Positions 27,490 to 36,950 of a stretch of DNA of 64,000 bases are shown one piece after another. A program made the position numbers and the translations under genes. Position 1 is the stretch's first letter. Every line of letters begins with the position of its first letter. Below the pieces are notes generated by a model. It was not told the DNA's origin. It did no database searches and saw nothing but the letters and a program-made list of their open reading frames with translations. Source of the DNA: a virus (lineage: Duplodnaviria; Caudoviricetes); the IMG/VR virus record IMGVR_UViG_3300010403_000004, positions 142-64,141 of that record. One strand, given 5' to 3'.

Positions 27490-29877
27490 CTATTGTACTG
27501 CACCTGCCGCACCAGCAGGCATCCCCTGAGGTGGCGGCATGGCTCCTGGCTTCAACGGAGGCGGCTGGATCTCCGCTTGCACCCCGGGAGGCTCAATCCC
27601 AGCCTTTTGAAGCGCCTGCGTGATAGCCTCATTTCCAAGATCCGAGCCCTTCAGCGACACCGCCACGCTCGCCTTTGCGGGAGGTACCACAGGCGGCACA
27701 ACAGCCTTGGCCTCGTGCGCCTGACCGTACAACTGCACGTTCTCGTAGCCGTCCGGGTTCGATTCCTTGATATCGAAATTGGTGATCAGGTACGCCTTCG
27801 CCAACTTCCCTAAGAACTCGGAGTCGTCTTCCCAATCCGGCTGTATGCTGGCTTGCGGTGGCCCCGGCTGACCGGTCTGAGGATCTATCGGACCTGGTTG
27901 CGGTTTCTCCTGCAACAGCTTGCCGATGATGTCCATGCCCTTGTCGCGGTCGTCAAGGTGCGGCACGCGCATTCCAGGCATCCCGAGCAGTTCCTTGAAC
28001 TCGTGAATGTTGAGCGGATCATCCAAGCCCCACGCCTTCAGGATTTCGGCTGGCTTGTCCAGCATCCACATCAGCAAGTCGCGCTGCTGGCCCCACGTCA
28101 TGGGGATCGCTTCGTCGGCCTCGAAGTGGAAATTGCCGCCCTTCAGGTCTTCGATGGTGACGGTGATGGAATCGAACTTGCCGTACTCGTTCTCCTTCTG
28201 CTTGGAGAACGCCATCACGCCGTCTTCGTTATCGGCCAGCAGCTTGCAGCCCTTCTCGTAGACGCGCTCCAACGACTTGCCGATCATCACCCAAATCACG
28301 GACAGTTGCCGGATGGCGGCGTTCGTCTTCAACTCGCTCTGACGCGCGGTCGGGTCGGACGTGTCGCCGCCCCAGATGATGTCGAGCAACCCGGAAGTTT
28401 CGCGCGATGTTTCTTCCACCTGGCGGCGGAACGGAGGGATCTGTTCCGAGAACGTCACGGTCGTTTGCTGCGAAATCAGATCGTTCAACGTGCCACCCGG
28501 CGGCCGTACGGCGGGGATCAAATCTCCAGGATTGTCGCGTCGGCGTTGCCACGCGTCGAGATCCACGCGCGTTGGGTCCGCGAACCGGGGATCGTTGGAC
28601 CGTTCAAGCGTCTCGTTGCACTGATTGAGGATATTGTTGAGCAAATCCTGAGTGACGATCCAATCGTCGCCCAGCGGCTCGCACATGATTCGCTTCGTCG
28701 GCTCCGGCTGGCATTCCTGCCAGTGGTTTATCACCTTGCGGTTTTCCAGATCGATGACGTGGCCTTTGACCGCCGTGATACGGATGCCGTCGGGGAAATT
28801 CTCGGCGATCAACTCTCGGATCGCCTTGTCGTCGATCAGCTCGTACTGCGCGGTAGTCCAGTCCTCCAGGATCACGCTCCAGCGGTTCTCGCGCTTGGGG
28901 CGCACGATGCCGATGGGGGACGCCATCGCACTGCGGACGCTCTCGCCGTACTGGAGGGACGCGGACTGGTCATCGAACGCGTTTTCTCCGCCCTTGACGG
29001 CTTCGCGCAAGGTGTCCCCGTACTTTTGGAGCAACTTCGCTTTCGGCTGTTCCATCTCCCGGCGAATCCAGCCGCAATCGTTCACCCCTTTACGTCCGTC
29101 GGCATCCAGCGGGACCGAAACCTCGCTCGCGTCGAGGATGTCGATCTCCAGGCCGCCCTTTGGCATCCGCTTTGGTGGAAGGTCCGCCGGCACGCTGGCT
29201 TGTAGCGGGTCCTGGTACATGCCGCCATCAGTCGGAGCCCCGCACTCTGGGCACTCAGGCCCATCGGACATCGCCCCGCACTGTGGACAAGAGATCCCGC
29301 CGCCGATCTGCGCTTGCTCCTCGGCAAGCTGCGGAACATCCTTCCATCCGTACTTGTCTCCGTCCTCCACCCATTCAATCGTCCAGAATGATGTGCCGAA
29401 GTTGAACAGAGAGAACACAAGCCACAGAACCATGACCTGAAGCTCGCACTGTTCGCGGATGTAGAGCGCGGCGTTATTCGCGGCGCGTGCCGCCCGGATA
29501 TCATTTTCGGCGGACGGATTGTTCGGTACGGCTACCGCATTCGGAATGCGCGTGCCAAGGACTGCTTCCAGTTTCCGGCAATACCCGCGGTAGATGTTCT
29601 GCGTGTAGTCGTAGACGCCGTTGCTCTGACCCGCGCCGCCCATTGAACCACCGTCAATGCCGGTCGCATCTAGAAGCCCCTGGTACAGGGCAGGCGCGAA
29701 GTAGGCAAGATCGCGGTAGTAAAGCGAATGCTTGTGGATTCGGCGGAGAATCCAAACTCTATCGGCCTCTAACTCGTCCGCCATCTCGCTCGCTATAACG
29801 CGCGCAATCGGTTTGGCGAGTTTTGCGATGAGTTCTTGTTTGGATGGGGCGGCCTTCGTCGGTCCTAAGATTTCCAT
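27490..29877 (-). CDS. portal protein
   Basis: ~795 aa; YTQNIYR, DIRAARAAN, GGDTSDPTARQSE; between TerL and scaffold; internal CPQC/CPEC. Confidence 0.8.
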   Translation of the reverse strand: MEILGPTKAAPSKQELIAKLAKPIARVIASEMADELEADRVWILRRIHKHSLYYRDLAYFAPALYQGLLDATGIDGGSMGGAGQSNGVYDYTQNIYRGYCRKLEAVLGTRIPNAVAVPNNPSAENDIRAARAANNAALYIREQCELQVMVLWLVFSLFNFGTSFWTIEWVEDGDKYGWKDVPQLAEEQAQIGGGISCPQCGAMSDGPECPECGAPTDGGMYQDPLQASVPADLPPKRMPKGGLEIDILDASEVSVPLDADGRKGVNDCGWIRREMEQPKAKLLQKYGDTLREAVKGGENAFDDQSASLQYGESVRSAMASPIGIVRPKRENRWSVILEDWTTAQYELIDDKAIRELIAENFPDGIRITAVKGHVIDLENRKVINHWQECQPEPTKRIMCEPLGDDWIVTQDLLNNILNQCNETLERSNDPRFADPTRVDLDAWQRRRDNPGDLIPAVRPPGGTLNDLISQQTTVTFSEQIPPFRRQVEETSRETSGLLDIIWGGDTSDPTARQSELKTNAAIRQLSVIWVMIGKSLERVYEKGCKLLADNEDGVMAFSKQKENEYGKFDSITVTIEDLKGGNFHFEADEAIPMTWGQQRDLLMWMLDKPAEILKAWGLDDPLNIHEFKELLGMPGMRVPHLDDRDKGMDIIGKLLQEKPQPGPIDPQTGQPGPPQASIQPDWEDDSEFLGKLAKAYLITNFDIKESNPDGYENVQLYGQAHEAKAVVPPVVPPAKASVAVSLKGSDLGNEAITQALQKAGIEPPGVQAEIQPPPLKPGAMPPPQGMPAGAAGAVQ

Positions 29878-29878
29878 G

Positions 29879-30544
29879 TTAATATGTAACGAGGTGGAGA
29901 GCGTTGAAGCGCACCCCACCTCTCACCAAATCGCCTATCAAGGAGGCAAGATGGCTAAAGCTAAGTTTAGAACAATTCCAGAACTCTCCGCCCATCAGTC
30001 GAAATCCTTTCACGGTAATATCGACAAGAGAGGCATTGATGAATGCTGGCCATGGACTGGCCGCATTATGAAAAAACAGTCCTGCCAATACGGAACATTC
30101 TGCATCACCAAACCGTTCGGAGAAATTCCTGCGCATCGGTTGTCTTTCAAACTCCATAGCGGAATCGACCCGGCGCATCTGTGGGTGCTCCACCGATGCG
30201 ATAATCCGATCTGCGTCAACCCCTCGCATCTGTTTTTGGGAACGTTCCAAGACAACGTTGACGATATGGTCAGAAAGGGACGCCACATGCACGGAGACGG
30301 GCACTACCTGCGACAGCATCCCCGTTGCGGACAGGCGCACAATCGTGCATCGCTCACAGACGCGGAGGCGCTGGAGATAAAGTCCATTTACCCCGCTGGG
30401 GGGCACACGCAGAAGGCGCTCGGCCAGCGTTACGGTGTTTCGGAGGCTTGCATCCAGAAAATCGTAAGCGGCAAAAATTATAGCCACCTGAAGGTGTGAC
30501 CTTGGCTTCGATGGCGCGGGTTTGGTGGGGCCGAGGATTTCCAT
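29879..30544 (-). other. displaced original portal 5' end reading through the antisense of the HNH gene
   Basis: Starts MEILGPTKPAPSK (cf. portal MEILGPTKAAPSK); open for 221 codons; TAA 1 nt before portal ATG. Confidence 0.6.
29951..30499 (+). CDS. HNH homing endonuclease inserted at portal 5' end
   Basis: ECWPW...AHRLSF...LHRCDNPICVNPSHL...DNVDDM; C-terminal HTH; AGGAGG RBS. Confidence 0.9.
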   Translation: MAKAKFRTIPELSAHQSKSFHGNIDKRGIDECWPWTGRIMKKQSCQYGTFCITKPFGEIPAHRLSFKLHSGIDPAHLWVLHRCDNPICVNPSHLFLGTFQDNVDDMVRKGRHMHGDGHYLRQHPRCGQAHNRASLTDAEALEIKSIYPAGGHTQKALGQRYGVSEACIQKIVSGKNYSHLKV

Positions 30545-30547
30545 GCG

Positions 30548-31048
30548 CTAAACCGGTTCCCCCTGAACCTCGTTCATCACGGCCCCGGCGACTCCTTCCC
30601 CCATATGCTTAGCGACTACAGCGAACCTGGGATGGAGTTTCGCGAGCACCGCCATGTCCACATCCCTGTGCATTTGGCGCACTCGCGAGATGGCGGACCT
30701 AGCCGTTTCCTCGCTGGCCTTGAACTGCCGCATGTCTGGCGGCTTCTCCTCCACCCGCTCCGTCATCAGCTTCACGTTCAACGCGTCGAGGCTTTTCAGC
30801 CGATCCTCGGTAATCCGCTGAAGGTCGCCCCGTACCGCCGCAAGTTCCGCGATCAACCGTTCCACCTCGGAGCGCCGCTCAACAGCCAGCACCTCGGCGG
30901 AGATGCGCGCGGCGCGTTCGCGAGCGAGGTCGGTATTCAGCCGCTCCATGTCGCGCTCGTATTCCGCCTCCATCCGCACGGCGGAATCTAACGCCTGCGT
31001 CAACGCGGAGACGCGCTCGGACTGCCGTAGCCGTCGCCAGAGATTCAC
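30548..31048 (-). CDS. coiled-coil hypothetical protein
   Basis: 166 aa heptad-rich; stop 3 nt before original portal ATG. Confidence 0.6.
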   Translation of the reverse strand: MNLWRRLRQSERVSALTQALDSAVRMEAEYERDMERLNTDLARERAARISAEVLAVERRSEVERLIAELAAVRGDLQRITEDRLKSLDALNVKLMTERVEEKPPDMRQFKASEETARSAISRVRQMHRDVDMAVLAKLHPRFAVVAKHMGEGVAGAVMNEVQGEPV

Positions 31049-31359
31049 TGAGTTGCGTCCTCGGTCGGAGCCTTATCGTCCAGGTCCGGTTGTTCCCCGT
31101 CTTCCGCGACCGGCTCGAAATACTGGATGCACGCATCGTCCGGGTCGAAAACCCCTTCCACCGCAGAGCACGCGCCCGTGTCCGGCGAGTAGTTGGCGCA
31201 GTCAATGCAATGGCGATCTGCCTTGACTACGCCAGCCTCTTCGGGAGACGCCTTTCCTTCCCGCTTGGGCTCTTCCATCCCGGGAGGCGGCATCTTGCCC
31301 TCACGCGGACTCGGACCAGATTCCATAACCGCCAATTCAGGTGGCGGAGACTTTGCCAT
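31045..31359 (-). CDS. small protein with HiPIP-like four-Cys motif
   Basis: HCIDCANY...GACSAVEG.FDPDDAC. Confidence 0.5.
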   Translation of the reverse strand: MAKSPPPELAVMESGPSPREGKMPPPGMEEPKREGKASPEEAGVVKADRHCIDCANYSPDTGACSAVEGVFDPDDACIQYFEPVAEDGEQPDLDDKAPTEDATQ

Positions 31360-31388
31360 GCGGACACCTCGATTAACGCTACCACACC

Positions 31389-31850
31389 CTACGCCAAAGG
31401 CACGCTGAACACTGGCGCGAAGAAAATCCAACTGCTCCCGTTCCACTGCACAGGGAACACGGTAGCCCGCAACGGCCCCGGATCAACCGTCACTCCGATG
31501 TCCGTGATGAGGTTGGTCGGCAACGCCACTGTCCAGCCACCGGTCGCGTTCTGCACCAGGCGAAGCCAGAACCGCTGGCCGGTCGGGATACTCCCTGAAC
31601 CGGCGTACGTGAACGTCATGCTCGCGACGTTCGCCGTCAGCGTCATGCTGATAACGTCAGCCAACGAGGAATCAATCGCGGGTGTCGTGGAGAACGCCAT
31701 CGTAGATTGATTGAGCTGGCTTCCGCTATCCACCGATGCGATGAAGTTGAGGTTGTCGGCCACATTGAACAGGCCGAACGGGATCAGCGCAGCCTTGCGC
31801 GACGATGCCTCAAAGTTTGCGAGTTTTGCGAAGTAGGCGGGCGATCCCAT
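31389..31850 (-). CDS. virion accessory protein (fibre C-terminal-like domain)
   Basis: LRLVQNATGGWTVALP...WNGSSW, resembling tail-fibre-associated domains. Confidence 0.55.
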   Translation of the reverse strand: MGSPAYFAKLANFEASSRKAALIPFGLFNVADNLNFIASVDSGSQLNQSTMAFSTTPAIDSSLADVISMTLTANVASMTFTYAGSGSIPTGQRFWLRLVQNATGGWTVALPTNLITDIGVTVDPGPLRATVFPVQWNGSSWIFFAPVFSVPLA

Positions 31851-31908
31851 ATGCTTCCTACGCCAAATTCTACCACGCCCAAAACAAAAATCACCTAAAA
31901 TGTACAAC

Positions 31909-33705
31909 ATGAAGGCATTCCCGATACTTCTCGCCATCGCGTCCGCGCTCTCCGCCCAGCAGGTGGACTGGGTTTCCCAGGTTCGCAACAAACCGATCAC
32001 CTCTGGCGGATTGACCGATTCCACTCGCCTAATCTGGCAGCAGGCTCCAACCTCTCCCGCCACCCTTACAGCCGCGCTTATGACTGTTACGCTTGCGCCC
32101 TGTCCGATTGGGTTGGCCGGCGCGGATACGAATCACTGGATCTATATCGCTGGCACGGGGACTGCTGAATGGCGGCTGATTTCAGGCGGAACATGCACGT
32201 CGGGGGCGTCCACGGGCACGATCACGTTCACGCCTGACAACAGCCATGGGGCGGGGTACACGGTCGGGAGTCCGAACGGGATCTACGAAGCGGTCGCCTA
32301 CGCGGGAGCCGGGGCGACGATCACCATTCCGGCTGGAGTTACGAACACCTGCAACCTATACATTCAGGCCGGCGTGACACTTACCGGCGCGGGGAGCTTT
32401 GTTGGTTACCCGTCTCTCGGCGTCGGCGCGACCAATCTCAGTTGCGGAATCGCCAGCATTCCAACGCTGGTCACCAACGCTACGGCGGTGACGATTCAGA
32501 ACATGGAGGTGGCGCACTCCATCCTCCCCACTGCTGGCGGGTATGGGGTGAAAATCGCTGGTAACTTTCCCACCATCCGCAATGTGCTGGCGATTAATAA
32601 TTATGCTGGGTACTTCCTTAGCGGCCCTGGCGGAATATTGACCCAAGGCATCATTGCGGATTCGTTCGCTACCCAAAGCGTCGTAGCCGGTTACCTGTGC
32701 GACCCTACCGCCACAGGATTTCAGATTGATATCTATGGGAGTTGGTCCACTGACAACGGCCTGCATGGTCTCGATTGCACCGTGAACGGGGGGCTCGGCA
32801 ACGTCACCGGCCCAAGGCTGACGGGATTCAAGACCTACTCCAACAATGGGAACGGGGCACTGTTTAGTGCTGGTGCTGGCAGCGCGATCAGCAATGTGTC
32901 CATTCAGGATAGCTTCTTCGGCTCAGACAACTCCGACGAAATCAAGATGGACACGCGCGGCGTCCAGAACGTCATTCAGAACACCCGAGTGGAACTCGCT
33001 GGTCAGATCGACAATCCCAACGTCGGCTACAACGCCGCGACGGTTGTCAGTGCGGCACACACTGGATATGGAATCCTCGTCACCGCAAACAACAATCCAA
33101 CGACCGGAGCGCCGCTGCTGATCTCCGGCGTAGTCGCTGGTTCCGCCTCGTACTCCGGGATCGGAGCGGCTGGGCCACGCACTGTCATCGTCGGCGGGAG
33201 CTTCAACCAGAACGGCAAATTTCCCAGCAATAACACGCACAAGGCCGGGATCAGTGTTCAGGACACCGGCATCACGATAGATGGCGCGTGGTTCGGGTCA
33301 CAGAACCAGATTTACGGCATCGAGGTCAATAACGCCAGTCCCATCCCGCTCGCTCCGTTTGGCGTCAACTACTTCGATCCGGGCCTTACCGAACTCATCA
33401 GGTGGGACCAGGCGGTGACCGCATTCGGACCGCAGATCGCTGCCTACGCGCCGCGCCGGTTCGGGTCCTCCTGCACCACGGCTGGCACAGTCGGAGCCGT
33501 CTGCACGTCGGCTTACACGATTACTCCGGCGTTTGTTGACGCTCTATACACGGCCACGTGTACCGTCACGGGCGTAACCTCGGGAGCGCCATCGGCACCC
33601 GTGGCGGTCGCCACCAGCGGGAGCACGCTAACGGTCACGATCATGGCTGGTACAGCGGTCGCGGCGCAGGCGTCTGGCGTGGCCTGCATCATCATGCACG
33701 ACTGA
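31909..33705 (+). CDS. right-handed beta-helix (tailspike/pectate-lyase-like) protein with signal peptide
   Basis: MKAFPILLAIASALSA|QQ; NN..G..I repeats; inverted relative to the packaging operon. Confidence 0.75.
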   Translation: MKAFPILLAIASALSAQQVDWVSQVRNKPITSGGLTDSTRLIWQQAPTSPATLTAALMTVTLAPCPIGLAGADTNHWIYIAGTGTAEWRLISGGTCTSGASTGTITFTPDNSHGAGYTVGSPNGIYEAVAYAGAGATITIPAGVTNTCNLYIQAGVTLTGAGSFVGYPSLGVGATNLSCGIASIPTLVTNATAVTIQNMEVAHSILPTAGGYGVKIAGNFPTIRNVLAINNYAGYFLSGPGGILTQGIIADSFATQSVVAGYLCDPTATGFQIDIYGSWSTDNGLHGLDCTVNGGLGNVTGPRLTGFKTYSNNGNGALFSAGAGSAISNVSIQDSFFGSDNSDEIKMDTRGVQNVIQNTRVELAGQIDNPNVGYNAATVVSAAHTGYGILVTANNNPTTGAPLLISGVVAGSASYSGIGAAGPRTVIVGGSFNQNGKFPSNNTHKAGISVQDTGITIDGAWFGSQNQIYGIEVNNASPIPLAPFGVNYFDPGLTELIRWDQAVTAFGPQIAAYAPRRFGSSCTTAGTVGAVCTSAYTITPAFVDALYTATCTVTGVTSGAPSAPVAVATSGSTLTVTIMAGTAVAAQASGVACIIMHD

Positions 33706-33710
33706 CGCTC

Positions 33711-36700
33711 TTACATCCGCGCGAACCGGTGCCCCATCAGCCGGTCACGCCGCACCTGCGCTCGTCCCACCGGCGGCCACGCCATCTCGCGAACCTCCGG
33801 GACCTCGGGCACCGTCCGCGGCACACAGACCGCCAGCAGCAACGCCTCCACGAACGGGGACACGTCAAGGTCCTTGCGAAATGCTCCCAACTCCGCGATC
33901 AACCCGGCGCACGACGGGTGAATCTTGATCTTCGGCCACTCGCCCGTCACCTGCCCCTCCACCATCCCAAGGTACCGGTGATACTCGCGCAAGTCCGCCT
34001 CGGCCAACGCCATGGCCTTATCCCGCTCGTACGGCAACTGCCGGAAGTCCGGAGGTTGGAATGCCAGCAGCCCGCGCAGCCGATCCAACGCCGCGTCCGA
34101 CTCCTCCTCCACCATCTCGCTTCGGATACGCCCTCCTTGCAGCCGAACCCGCGCCGCGTTACGCGCATCCCATCCGCCATCCTCCGGCTCATACGCCAGC
34201 AACGAAGCCTCCATCATCTCCGCCCACGACCCCACCGGCTCGACCGGCGCGAACGCGTGCTTCGGCAGGAATATCTCGTACCCCGCTCTCCCTGCCCGGA
34301 TCTCCCGCACTCCCAACTCCGGCAATACCCGCCGCGCAATCTCTCTCCCGGCCACCATCGCGTCCACCCCAACCAAACTCAACTCCCCCGTGACCCTCAG
34401 CGCACCCGTCCGCAACTCCGCCATCCACAACGCTGCCCGCCCTGGAATAACCGCGACGAACCGCCGTGCCCCAGCGTCAACCCTCTCCCCAGACACATGC
34501 ACCGCCGACGTTGGCTCCCCCATCCGTGGCGCAACGCGGAACTCCGGCACTCCAGCCCTTGCGCTCGCATCGTACAGCCGCTTCAACGCCTGCGACATCG
34601 CGTCCGTGTCATCGTCATGTTTCGCTCCCTGCCCCGCCGCGAACTCCGCCAGCAACTCCCACACCCACGGGAATAGGTCCGGGTTGGGCAAGTAAACATT
34701 CCCCGCCTCCACGTACCCCGAGATGGCCGCCACTCGGCTCCACTTTCCCCCGGCAGGGTTCACCGCGATCAACCCCGGTATCTCGTTCTTCAACGCATCG
34801 ATCACCGCAGGGCCGTTGGCTTTATCCTCGACCAACTTCTCCGAGCACGGCACCCGCTCGCTCATCCTTCGGACGGCCGCCAGCGTCTCCAGAAACGTTC
34901 GATGCTCCGAGTCCCGCTCCAGCAGGTACGAGTTACTTCCAATTCTCCCCCACGCCTGCCCCGCCACGGTATCGTTCTCATCCGTCCCCTTAAACGCCAT
35001 GTCCCACGACTGCACCACTTGCTCAAACACCGCCGGCAACTCCACCGGCGCAATCTCCGCAAACGTTCCGTCCCCAATCGCCAGCCGCACCGGTCTCGGC
35101 TTTCCCTCCGCGTCCACCACTCCCATGCCGGGAGGATTGTAGAACCGGAACCACTCCCGCTTGAGCCCATTCTTGCCACCAGCAGCCGGTTTCTGGTTAA
35201 ATTGGCCTGAATTTTGGGACGCGAAGCCCCATGCCACATAGTTTCCGGTCGTGGTGGTTAGCCCGTAGACCGGCATATACCCAAGCGGACGCATTGAAAT
35301 CACGTGATGGTTTTTTTTGTCCTTGGATCGATGCACGGGCTCAGAAAGAGATTTCCCAGCCATCCACAGGCTATCGATGATCCTCTGCCGTTTGACCATG
35401 TGGCAGTGAGCTAGTATCTTAATTTTTGACGACCGTCCGCCGTGAATATTATAAATTCCCGACTCGTGCCATTTAGGATTGTCTTGTCTCTTTTTGACGC
35501 GGCCATCTTTGTCGCGTGCGCCACGCCAAACTGAATACTCGAAGCCAAGCCGCGGGATCACCCTCTCCAGTTCGGCTTGAACGTCAGGATTTTTGGCTGA
35601 TTGGCTTATTGATACCAGGTTCTTTTGGCAGCAGCTCCCCTCTCCATCGATCATGCCCCCGAGCCAGTCGTATAGTCTTTGGTCCTCTGCGTTGCAATCT
35701 CCGCTGGGAGTGTATACGGAATGAAGTTTGCTTCTCACCTTTAGCGGCAAATAGGATGCTCGGTTGCGTCCCTTTGCTCTGTACCATTTATGGTCTTTAG
35801 TGCAATGGACCGTGCGCCCACTGGAAAGAGAATATTCGTACACCATCTGTTGCGAAACGCTAATATCGGTGACGCGGCATTTAGTTAACGACGCCTTGAG
35901 TTTGTGCCCGTGGACTTGCCCCACCTGCAACCTGGCATCGTTCTCCGGCTTGACATACCCAACCAACTCATCCCCGACATTCACGTCCTTGATCTGTTTT
36001 TCTGACCAGTCAGCCATCAGTATCGGCGTGTATCCAGGCGTGCAGTAATGCTGTCGCTGTTCTCTTTTCAAAAGATCCGTCTCTTCCGGCCCCAATCGCT
36101 CCGGAAACAGCAACTCCCCATGCCTCGTCCTCGGGTCCGGATACGCCAGCGGCCCAATCGTCCGCGCCCCATCCCACTCGTTCGGAATCACCACCTGCTC
36201 CCAGCCGCCCATTTCCAACAGGTACTCCGTTAGGTCGCCGCCGTACGATGCCCGCTGCTGAATGACTAGCCTACAGTCCGTCTTCGGATCGATATTCCGC
36301 GAAGACATCGAACCCGAGTACCACTCCCGAACCGATTGCGGATACGTCTCCGGCTCCTTGTTCATCCTTTCCAGATCATTCGGATCGTCGATGATGACCA
36401 CCGACCCACCCTCACCAAGGACGCCGCCCTCGACCGACGCGATGATCCGGAACCCGCCCTTGTCGTTCTCAAACCGGCCCTTCTCGTTCTGGTCACCAGA
36501 GAGTTGGAACTTGGAGCCCCAGCGCGACTGGTACCACTGCGAAGCAATCAGGTTTCGACACCGGCGCGAGTCCCTCTTCGCCAGCGTCAAGCCGAACGAC
36601 GCCGCCAAAAACTTCTCCTGCGGCGCCTTCAGCCATCGCCACGCCGGGAACGCCACTGAAACCAGGGAACTTTTCAGCATTCTGGGGGGCACATTAATTA

Positions 36701-36950
36701 TGAGACGGCGAATCTCCCGCCTCGACAACGCCTGCAAATACTCGCAAAGCATACTGATGTGCCAATTTTTCTGGAATGGTACCCCAGGCTGCAACGCCGG
36801 CCAAGACTGCTCCAGAAAGAACTCCAAACTCTCCTCGCAGTACTCCGCATCCGCCTGCAACTCTATCGCCCGGATCGCCTCCTCCGCCACCCGCAACGCC
36901 CTGTCAGACGTGTACTGGCTCGGCGGCCTCTTCCCTGTGGCTCTTGGCAT
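33711..36950 (-). CDS. terL: terminase large subunit with intein
   Basis: RLIINVPPRMLKS (Walker A region), IIDDP (Walker B), SWDMAFK, VEDKANG, HDDDTDAMSQAL. Confidence 0.92.
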   Translation of the reverse strand: MPRATGKRPPSQYTSDRALRVAEEAIRAIELQADAEYCEESLEFFLEQSWPALQPGVPFQKNWHISMLCEYLQALSRREIRRLIINVPPRMLKSSLVSVAFPAWRWLKAPQEKFLAASFGLTLAKRDSRRCRNLIASQWYQSRWGSKFQLSGDQNEKGRFENDKGGFRIIASVEGGVLGEGGSVVIIDDPNDLERMNKEPETYPQSVREWYSGSMSSRNIDPKTDCRLVIQQRASYGGDLTEYLLEMGGWEQVVIPNEWDGARTIGPLAYPDPRTRHGELLFPERLGPEETDLLKREQRQHYCTPGYTPILMADWSEKQIKDVNVGDELVGYVKPENDARLQVGQVHGHKLKASLTKCRVTDISVSQQMVYEYSLSSGRTVHCTKDHKWYRAKGRNRASYLPLKVRSKLHSVYTPSGDCNAEDQRLYDWLGGMIDGEGSCCQKNLVSISQSAKNPDVQAELERVIPRLGFEYSVWRGARDKDGRVKKRQDNPKWHESGIYNIHGGRSSKIKILAHCHMVKRQRIIDSLWMAGKSLSEPVHRSKDKKNHHVISMRPLGYMPVYGLTTTTGNYVAWGFASQNSGQFNQKPAAGGKNGLKREWFRFYNPPGMGVVDAEGKPRPVRLAIGDGTFAEIAPVELPAVFEQVVQSWDMAFKGTDENDTVAGQAWGRIGSNSYLLERDSEHRTFLETLAAVRRMSERVPCSEKLVEDKANGPAVIDALKNEIPGLIAVNPAGGKWSRVAAISGYVEAGNVYLPNPDLFPWVWELLAEFAAGQGAKHDDDTDAMSQALKRLYDASARAGVPEFRVAPRMGEPTSAVHVSGERVDAGARRFVAVIPGRAALWMAELRTGALRVTGELSLVGVDAMVAGREIARRVLPELGVREIRAGRAGYEIFLPKHAFAPVEPVGSWAEMMEASLLAYEPEDGGWDARNAARVRLQGGRIRSEMVEEESDAALDRLRGLLAFQPPDFRQLPYERDKAMALAEADLREYHRYLGMVEGQVTGEWPKIKIHPSCAGLIAELGAFRKDLDVSPFVEALLLAVCVPRTVPEVPEVREMAWPPVGRAQVRRDRLMGHRFARM
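35211..36044 (-). mobile_element. intein with LAGLIDADG endonuclease (278 aa)
   Basis: Y|CTPGYTPILMAD...IKDVNVGD; CTKDHKW; WLGGMIDGEGS; VYGLTTTTGNYVAWGFASQN|S. Confidence 0.9.

Noticed and set aside
27853-29205. 450-aa + strand ORF, and similar long ORFs at 5033-6217 and 33558-34676
   Set aside because: Antisense to portal, ejection or terL genes; typical high-GC shadow ORFs with no motifs.
29879-30544. Group I intron in the portal gene
   Set aside because: The HNH is antisense, fills almost the whole insert and leaves no room for a ribozyme core; the duplicated start explains the layout.
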